Origin: Amphiscolops sp. MND2022
Taxonomy: Eukaryota
Length of the DNA stretch: 64,000 nucleotides
NCBI GenBank assembly: GCA_964187785.1
Contig: OZ076409.1
Coordinates: 94,428,001 to 94,492,000 of the forward strand
Reading direction: 5' to 3'
This document shows, one piece after another, positions 16,398-23,552 of the stretch. A program made the translations under genes and the position numbers. The stretch's first letter is position 1. The number at the start of each line of letters is the position of its first letter. The notes under the pieces are model-generated. The model was given only the letters and a program-made list of their open reading frames with translations. It ran no database searches and had not been told where the DNA came from.

Positions 16398-16799
16398 ATT
16401 AGCTTCAATAAATTTAAAACTAAGTCTTATTGTGTTGGTGGTAAACACTATTCTGCTACAACTAATATTCGAGGAGATATTTCTCAAAATAAAAAAACTG
16501 GCATGCCAGTTAAACTCCTACGTGGTGTGTGTGTAACATGTAAAAGAAATAAATCCCTTATAGTATCTGATCAAACTATTTCAGCCGAGGGATTGGGTGA
16601 CTTCTTTAAACATATTGGCAAAGCTGCAAAGAATGTTGGAAAGAAAATACTCAATAATCCTGGTAGAGCACTAGAACTCGCAGCTAATATTGGTACCGCA
16701 GCAGCAAGTAAAAATCCACGAATGATAGCTGCAACTGCTCCTGATATTATAAAATTTGTTCATCAAGGAAAAGGCTTATATTTGGGAAAAATTCATTAA
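16398..16799 (+). CDS. Small protein with a Zn-ribbon-like N-terminus and an amphipathic, membrane-lytic-like helix; probable original start now ATT
   Basis: Frame is open from TAA-ATT at 16398 (ISFNKFKTKSYCVGGKH...CVTC) and contains GLGDFFKHIGKAAKNVGKKIL. The first ATG is at 16503. Confidence 0.7.
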   Translation: MSFNKFKTKSYCVGGKHYSATTNIRGDISQNKKTGMPVKLLRGVCVTCKRNKSLIVSDQTISAEGLGDFFKHIGKAAKNVGKKILNNPGRALELAANIGTAAASKNPRMIAATAPDIIKFVHQGKGLYLGKIH

Positions 16800-16814
16800 A
16801 TTTATGGTTAATAA

Positions 16815-17735
16815 ATGTATTCAATACATAATCGTGATGATTTAGAAAAATTAAAAAAATTGCAAAAAACAAAATCTTCACTCCACAAAGAAAGATTAAA
16901 AGAGAAACTTGGGAAGCAAGACTTTCATTACGATATGGAAGAAGTTTTTGAACCCGTTACTGAAAACCAGAAACAAAACCAAACTAAACAACAAGAACTT
17001 TCTGAAAAGCAAATACAAGCGCTACGTGATTCTACTCAAACTACAACACAAGCAATCGAAAATCAGGCAAGAGCAATAGAACACAGTAGTGATATTTTAA
17101 ATAAAAATTTACAAAAATCTATTAAAGATGCTAATTCCAACCAAGTAGACAGTTCAATTGTTAAAACAGTTTCCAACCTTCTCAATGACAAAAACTAAAG
17201 TCAATTTAGTTTAGAACCTGTTTTAGGAAGTTCAAATTTCTTCACAATTAACCACACTGATCCTCAACTAGTACAAATCAAAGGTTCAACGATGACTTTC
17301 CAGAATGGTAACACATATAATTTAAATGATCCGGATCTTTCATCTTTTATAACTAATGCACAAATAGATAAAAAAATACAAAACGAGAATCTTATTTCTA
17401 ATTTTTTAAAAGATATGAAATATGATCTTAGTTATGGAGATAAAAAATCAAAGAGGTTTTATTTCATTAAACATTTGATTAATCAATACACATATCAACA
17501 ATCCCAATCGGGAAGTGGATTAAATCAGTATATTTTCCTCCCATCTGACCCAGATGAGCTTGTAGATCAACTTAAACTAATCGTGTTAGAAAAAGTAGGA
17601 GGAAATGATAATCCTATGCTGAGCGAACAAATCATAGCAATTGCTGATAAACTTTTACAATACCAATGCATTACAACAAATCAACATCAAAACATTGTTT
17701 CAGCTTTTACTAAAAAGGATCAGTTTGTGGATTAA
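16815..17735 (+). pseudogene. Conserved Polinton protein (~306 aa, C-terminal GSG..LPSDPxEL motif) with one in-frame TAA at 17196-17198
   Basis: ORFs 16815-17198 and 17292-17735 share a frame, and the linker has no other stop. The C-terminal FLPSDPDELVDQLKL...GGNDN motif is familiar from Polintons. Confidence 0.75.
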
Positions 17736-18531
17736 AGATTTTATACTCTGGATTAGATTCATTGCACAGTTTATACTTACATCCGTTTTTATCTTCTAGC
17801 CTGTTTATTAATAAATAGTTGTATTTTTCTTTCCATGCCTCCCTGCACAAACTTTTAAATTCATCATAAGACATATCAAAACCTGCAATATCTCTGTATA
17901 TATTTTCTACATCTTTCAATGTTTGTTGAAATAAAATTATGATATTACTATTATTGCGTATGGTGCGTTTAGGCAAATCGAAATATGACTGTGATAAATA
18001 ATAAACATCTAAATCATTATGTCTTCCCCTAGTAAAAAATGGATCTATTAATTTCTGATTCGAGTCTAACATATCATCAAATACAACACAACAATTTTGA
18101 AAATCTTGTATTGTTCTATCTTCTAGATCGTCTTCCACTGAAACGTCTTCTAGTTGTATGTTCTCGTATTGTTCCGGAGATCTAGTTATGATTTTTATTT
18201 GTTGTTCTGGGTTATCCAAGCGAATTAATTGTAATTTGTTTAATAACAAAAAAGTCTTACCACAAAATGAAGGACCAACTATTAATGTTCGATTTAATGC
18301 ATCAGCCTCAATTGTATTATTTGTATCAGTTTTATGAATGTTTTTTATATGCTTTGACAAATATGTTTTATTGAATTCACGGTTACAAAATTCACACCTC
18401 ATCTTCCTATTAAAACAACTAATACACTTAATATATACATCACCATTTTTATATTTATAGAAATCTTCTTCAGATTTAAAAATATTACACCCTTTACAGA
18501 TTTTTTTATTACCACAATTTAAACTGTTCAT
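17710..18531 (-). CDS. A32/FtsK-HerA-type DNA packaging ATPase with N-terminal zinc fingers
   Basis: Walker A GPSFCGKT, Walker B VVFDD, FTRGRH, YLSQSYF..P..IR.N; N-terminal CxxC..CxxC and CEFC-x11-HIKNIH. Confidence 0.93.
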   Translation of the reverse strand: MNSLNCGNKKICKGCNIFKSEEDFYKYKNGDVYIKCISCFNRKMRCEFCNREFNKTYLSKHIKNIHKTDTNNTIEADALNRTLIVGPSFCGKTFLLLNKLQLIRLDNPEQQIKIITRSPEQYENIQLEDVSVEDDLEDRTIQDFQNCCVVFDDMLDSNQKLIDPFFTRGRHNDLDVYYLSQSYFDLPKRTIRNNSNIIILFQQTLKDVENIYRDIAGFDMSYDEFKSLCREAWKEKYNYLLINRLEDKNGCKYKLCNESNPEYKIFNPQTDPF

Positions 18532-18561
18532 TTATTTAGTAAAATTCCGTTGTAAAATGAA

Positions 18562-18767
18562 TCACTAAGACGATTTTTTGTCGCTAAGACCCACCTCTTA
18601 GTGAATAAGAAACACTAAGAATCACTAAGAGTCACTAAGACCCACCTCTTAGTGAATAAGAAACACTAAGAATCACTAAGAGTCACTAAGACCCACCTCT
18701 TAGTGAATAAGAAACACTAAGAATCACTAAGAGTCACTAAGGGTCACTAAGACCCAACACTTAGTGA
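18562..18767. repeat. 51-bp tandem array built from CACTAAGA 10-bp subunits, in the divergent ATPase/integrase intergenic region
   Basis: CCACCTCTTAGTG recurs at 18591, 18642 and 18693; CACTAAGA-cccacc-TCTTAGTG forms an inverted repeat. Confidence 0.9.
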
Positions 18768-18802
18768 TAAAAATACCACTTTCAACCATTCTAAATTATT
18801 AA

Positions 18803-19654
18803 ATGAACCTGAAACAAAAAATAGCTAAAGAAATATTCTCTCCTGTAGTTAAAAAATTTGACCGCATCCAAATACAAACTCACTATAAAGATGAGTGTTG
18901 GAGTATTGATCTGATAGACCGATCTAGCTTAGCAAAATACAACAAAAACTACAAGTTTATTTTTACAATAATTGACAATCATACTAAATTTGCATGGGCG
19001 ATTCCTCTTAAAGATAAATCAGGAAAAAGTACAACGACTGCATTCAAGAAACTAATAGAAACTAGTAAAAGAAAACCTGAAAAAGTGTGGTCGGATAGAG
19101 GTAAAGAGTTCTATAATAAAACATTTTTGGATTTTCTTAAACAAAATGAAATACAAATTTATTCAACTCACTCAGATTTGAAAGCTGTTTTTGTTGAACG
19201 TTTCAATAGAACATTATTAGATCTTATCAAAGAACCGATGTATATTGAAGGTAAAGCTTGTTGGTTGAATCATATTAACAGTGCTTTGGATAAGTATAAT
19301 AATCGTGTGCATACCACAACCCGCATGACACCGTTTGAAGCTAGTAATAAACCAATAGATCCACCTACTTTTGTTAATAAACCGAAACAACCCAAATTTC
19401 AAGTGGGAGACTATGTAAGAGTTCCTGATAAAAGGAAAATTTATTCAAAAGGCTATACAACAAATTGGAATAGAGAACTTTTTAAAATACAAAAAATTAA
19501 TCCAACTAACCCCATAACCTATACTTTAGAAGACGAAAACAACGAGCAAATAGCAGGAAAATATTATGAACAAGAACTTTTAAGAAGTGTATTCAACTTT
19601 GAATCTAATAACAAAACGTTAGAAAGTATGAATATTTTCCATCAGTTTGAGTAA
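18803..19654 (+). CDS. Retroviral-like (rve) DDE integrase of Polinton
   Basis: WSIDLID, IIDNHTKF, WSDRGKEF, VERFNRTL, FQVGDYVR, KGYTTNW. Confidence 0.96.
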   Translation: MNLKQKIAKEIFSPVVKKFDRIQIQTHYKDECWSIDLIDRSSLAKYNKNYKFIFTIIDNHTKFAWAIPLKDKSGKSTTTAFKKLIETSKRKPEKVWSDRGKEFYNKTFLDFLKQNEIQIYSTHSDLKAVFVERFNRTLLDLIKEPMYIEGKACWLNHINSALDKYNNRVHTTTRMTPFEASNKPIDPPTFVNKPKQPKFQVGDYVRVPDKRKIYSKGYTTNWNRELFKIQKINPTNPITYTLEDENNEQIAGKYYEQELLRSVFNFESNNKTLESMNIFHQFE

Positions 19655-19674
19655 TTATGCTAAAATAAATAAGA

Positions 19675-20364
19675 ATGTCATTACATAAGTTTGGTTATAG
19701 TGCTGAAAGCCTACAAAAAGACAAGATTGAGAATCTTGAAAAAGAATTGGAGTCACAAACCAAATTATTCAACTTAAAACTTCATGATTTGTCTAATAAT
19801 TTAGAAAATTTTAATAACCTAAAAGAAGTTATATTTGACAACGGTGAAACAAAGGTATTAGTCAATGCAAAAACGTTTGTAGACATAAACAAAAATATAG
19901 AAGATATAAAAATAAATTTGAAATACTTAGAACAAGATATTAAAAATAAATTATTAGAAAAGAAGAAAGAAATAATTTTGGATGCTGCCAAGTTGGTAGA
20001 AGAACAACAAAACATTTTGCGAAATAGTTTCGAGAGAAACCTTATTTCAGAATTGGAAAAAAGCAAAAACCAAGCAGTCAAGGATGTTATACAACTACTG
20101 TATAGCAAAGGATTGTTTGACTCATTTGAAAATAAGGACCAAATATTCCAGTCGTATTTGACCTTCTCAAACCAATACTTGCTTGAAAAATACGGAACAG
20201 AAATAAAGACATCAGATGGTGTGTATTATTTATCAGACTTGGACTATTCAACGAGAGAAGATATTGTGAAGTGTTTAAAAAAAGATGAATACAAAGATAT
20301 AGTTGACCTTAAATATAGAATGAAACTAACCACGAGTGAAATCAATTTCATACTTTTTGACTAA
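19675..20364 (+). CDS. Hypothetical coiled-coil protein, 229 aa
   Basis: Intact ORF with K/E/L heptads; a decayed homolog lies at ~50245-50628. Confidence 0.8.
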   Translation: MSLHKFGYSAESLQKDKIENLEKELESQTKLFNLKLHDLSNNLENFNNLKEVIFDNGETKVLVNAKTFVDINKNIEDIKINLKYLEQDIKNKLLEKKKEIILDAAKLVEEQQNILRNSFERNLISELEKSKNQAVKDVIQLLYSKGLFDSFENKDQIFQSYLTFSNQYLLEKYGTEIKTSDGVYYLSDLDYSTREDIVKCLKKDEYKDIVDLKYRMKLTTSEINFILFD

Positions 20365-20368
20365 ATAA

Positions 20369-20905
20369 ATGAATGAAAAATTATACCCCAGTTTGCAACC
20401 ACAAGTAGATAGTTTAGAGCAACACCTAAACCTACGATTGAAAGAAATAAATAGTTTCAATAATTCAATTCAAAATATAAAAGATATTAAAAATTTTTAT
20501 AATCATGAAGCCAAAAAGTATAAAAAGAAAAGTAAACAATACAAGCTCATAAATTGTTTAATACAATCTGTTGATGGTGTTTCAATACTAGCTGTATCAT
20601 CAACATGTGTCACTCTCAGCATTACTGGAGTTGGACTGGTTGTTGTCCCCGTTGCTAGTGGTATTGGTGCAGGTTTATGTATAATCAGTAAGCTTCTTGG
20701 TGAGTACCTGAAAAGAAAAGAACAACACAATCTTAAGAAATATACCCTTGCTGGTAGAACACTACATGATTTCTGTAAACTACATTCAAAATGTTTAGAA
20801 GACAATAAAATCGATCTGAATGAATATAACAAACTAAAACAATCTTATGATACATACAAAACGAACAAAACTAAACTAAATTCTGAGTTTACTTTTTTAG
20901 GCTAA
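20369..20905 (+). CDS. Putative membrane protein with a hydrophobic hairpin, 178 aa
   Basis: GVSILAVSSTCVTLSITGVGLVVVPVASGIGAGLCIIS is flanked by basic helices. Confidence 0.8.
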   Translation: MNEKLYPSLQPQVDSLEQHLNLRLKEINSFNNSIQNIKDIKNFYNHEAKKYKKKSKQYKLINCLIQSVDGVSILAVSSTCVTLSITGVGLVVVPVASGIGAGLCIISKLLGEYLKRKEQHNLKKYTLAGRTLHDFCKLHSKCLEDNKIDLNEYNKLKQSYDTYKTNKTKLNSEFTFLG

Positions 20906-20963
20906 CATTATTTAGTAAAAACAATATCAGTATAAATTTTAAATCATGATTTTTTGTATATAA

Positions 20964-22193
20964 ATGGAATTATTTTCTTTGAAAAATAAATATGTTCTCG
21001 ATAATCCAATTCATAAAATTGATTTTATTAAATACTCGCCTAGTAGTTTAGCTACAATCAACAACAATAATTCAAATATTTCCATCATTTTCCCAAGAGA
21101 AGATGCTTATATTTGTTTACAAAACTCATACATTAGTCTAGAATTTGAAGTTCTTAAAAACGATAACACACGCTACGTAGACAACGACCAAATAAGCTTG
21201 GTCAACTTTGGGCCTGCTGCTTTATTTAGTGAAGCTAAACTTGTGACATCATCAGGAAAGCATCTTGAGAAAGTTGATAACCTACACCCAGTATGTTTAA
21301 TGTACAAGCTTTTGACTAGCAACCAACAAACAAGTCAATTGATGTACGGATTTGAAGAATCAGAAAACACCAGGCGATTAGAATTAACAAACCACAAAAC
21401 AGAAAAAGGAACCTTTTTTGTTAGAATAAAACTAAAAGACTTGTTTGGATTTGCTGATCAAGAAAAAATAACTTACGGATTGGGTTATTCTCTGACATTA
21501 AAACGTAATAATAATAACGACCCTATCATCAGGGACAACGGTGTAGATGCTGCAAAAATAGATATAAAAGATATTGCTTGGCACATTCCACACTATGTAC
21601 CCAGTATGGAAAACCAGCAGCTTGTCCTTAATCAAATATTAGATAAAGACCCAACCGAGTTGTATTATATAGAACGAACTGTCTTTAGAAAAGATGTTAA
21701 CACCAATAATAATTGGACATTTGAATTAGGCAACAGTGGAGAATCGACACCAACATACGTGATAGTTGGATTTCAAGCTAGAAATAAAATTGATTCACAA
21801 ACACATAACAACTCAACATTCGATCGACTTTCGGTTAGTAATGCAGTTTGTAAAATAGGATCAGAAAAATATCCCGATGATGGAATAGAATGTGACTACG
21901 ACCGCGACAAATACGATCAAGCTTATTATGAAATCGAAAACTTCTATAACTTACATTCTGAATCTAATCTACTCAATCCGTTTATCAGTTTGCACAAATT
22001 CCGAACGAGTTACAATTTTTATGTATTTGACCTATCTAAGCAAAAACCACCTATAGCATCTCAACCTATTAGATTAGAGTTTAAATTTAGTGCTGCTTTT
22101 GGTGTAGCAGATTATGTAGCTTATGCCCTTGTACTAACACCCAAGTTAATAAGTATTAGTAGTGACGGACAAAGACACTTTGATCTTTTATAA
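20964..22193 (+). CDS. Major capsid protein (double jelly-roll), 409 aa
   Basis: Beta-rich sequence with SYISLEFEV, ALFSEAKL, PTYVIVGFQ, YVFDLSKQ and IRLEFKF motifs typical of Polinton MCP; size and context fit. Confidence 0.9.
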   Translation: MELFSLKNKYVLDNPIHKIDFIKYSPSSLATINNNNSNISIIFPREDAYICLQNSYISLEFEVLKNDNTRYVDNDQISLVNFGPAALFSEAKLVTSSGKHLEKVDNLHPVCLMYKLLTSNQQTSQLMYGFEESENTRRLELTNHKTEKGTFFVRIKLKDLFGFADQEKITYGLGYSLTLKRNNNNDPIIRDNGVDAAKIDIKDIAWHIPHYVPSMENQQLVLNQILDKDPTELYYIERTVFRKDVNTNNNWTFELGNSGESTPTYVIVGFQARNKIDSQTHNNSTFDRLSVSNAVCKIGSEKYPDDGIECDYDRDKYDQAYYEIENFYNLHSESNLLNPFISLHKFRTSYNFYVFDLSKQKPPIASQPIRLEFKFSAAFGVADYVAYALVLTPKLISISSDGQRHFDLL

Positions 22194-22284
22194 TTCATCA
22201 ATTCATCAATATAAAAACATTAGATGAAAACGAATCTGTAATTAAAAAATTGAAAATTTATTTGAAATAAATAATATATAATAA

Positions 22285-22482
22285 ATGAAGTACATAAATA
22301 ATAAATTTTACACTGAAGTTAATAATCCAAAGTACATTATCAATGATGGTAAAATTCTGAGAGAAACATCTCCTCCCAAGTCATTGAAATCTAAATATGA
22401 AGTTATGAATGGTGTTAAATTAGATAAAAAATCAAATATAATTGAATTAGATGACGGATCTCTTCATATTGTAACGAAATAA
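22285..22482 (+). CDS. Hypothetical protein, 65 aa
   Basis: TAAATG start; its stop abuts the next ATG. Confidence 0.65.
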   Translation: MKYINNKFYTEVNNPKYIINDGKILRETSPPKSLKSKYEVMNGVKLDKKSNIIELDDGSLHIVTK

Positions 22483-23020
22483 ATGGATGAAGAAGAATTT
22501 TTAAATCCTACCATGTGTAGGAGATGTAATAGAATTGCTCTACTAGAATACGAGTATGAATTCACTTGTTATGTATGTGAATTCAATGTTATAAAAACTA
22601 AAAATCAATTGACAAAAGTTCAAAGAAAAAAGAATATCAATTTTAAAGGGAGATTAACATATGCAACTCCGAAAATAATTGGTATTTGTATGGAAGTTAA
22701 TTCATTAGTTCAAACCAATGATATAGACGTTCTCGCAGCTGTCCTGACATATCTTAAAAAGAAGAGACTAAATATCTTAGAAGAAATCCTAAACAAGTTT
22801 GATGACATGCCTGATGATTTCGAAAAAAAATGTCTTCGCTGCATCTGAAGGAATTCACAAAGCTGGAGATTATGCACTTAGGATGATGAAGTGGTTGGTC
22901 TCGGCTAGGTATTATGAAGACATTAACTATTATGACTTGATAGCAACTACTTTAAGATATATGAAGGGGGAACAGCTCTTTGTGAGGAAAGAAGTTTTCT
23001 TGTTTATAAATGAGCGATAG
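22483..23020 (+). pseudogene. Zn-ribbon protein (~178 aa) frameshifted at the A8 run 22823-22830
   Basis: CRRC...CYVC. Removing one A joins ...DDFEK to NVFAASEGIHK...FINER. Confidence 0.7.
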
Positions 23021-23144
23021 TGAAGGTGAAACAATTTATCCTGAAAGTGAGGTTTCTGAGGATGAATCTCTACATAGTTCAGATGAAGACTTTATCGATG
23101 ATTCGGAGAGCGAAGATGAAGACTATATCCCCCCAAAACGGTAG
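23010..23144 (+). CDS. 44-aa highly acidic peptide missing from the ORF track (MSDSEGETIYPESEVSEDESLHSSDEDFIDDSESEDEDYIPPKR)
   Basis: TAAATG start, strongly biased D/E/S composition, fills the inter-ORF space. Confidence 0.65.
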   Translation: MSDSEGETIYPESEVSEDESLHSSDEDFIDDSESEDEDYIPPKR

Positions 23145-23214
23145 CGGAGAAATATAGAAATTATTATAAAAATAGAAAAATGAAAAAACAATTGAATAAA
23201 AATTTATATAGTAA

Positions 23215-23520
23215 ATGGATGAAACATATCATAGGAAATATTGTGAAGCTTGTGATAAACAAGTTCACACATCATCGTTTGCAAAGCATCTGAAGTCTAA
23301 AATTCATTTACAGAAAAATGTAGGTGTAATCCCACAAAAACCCAGAGTTCTACTAGCAGTGGAAGAACAACAAGAACCTAGAGTTCTACCAGCAGTGGAA
23401 GAACAACAAGAACCTAGAGTTCTACCAGTAGTGGAAGAACAACAACAACCTCGAGCTCGACCTATCCCCCCAAAACGGAATCGGAGAAATATAGAAATTA
23501 TTATAAAAATAGAAAAATAG
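23215..23520 (+). CDS. Matrin/U1-type C2H2 zinc-finger protein, paralog of the pPolB N-terminus, with 3 copies of a 12-aa repeat
   Basis: YCEACDKQVHTSSFAKHLKSKIH versus pPolB YCEVCDKHIHTASFSRHEKSKIH; PRVLPAVEEQQE-type repeats. Confidence 0.75.
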   Translation: MDETYHRKYCEACDKQVHTSSFAKHLKSKIHLQKNVGVIPQKPRVLLAVEEQQEPRVLPAVEEQQEPRVLPVVEEQQQPRARPIPPKRNRRNIEIIIKIEK

Positions 23521-23552
23521 AAAAAACAATTGAATAAAAATTTATATAGTAA

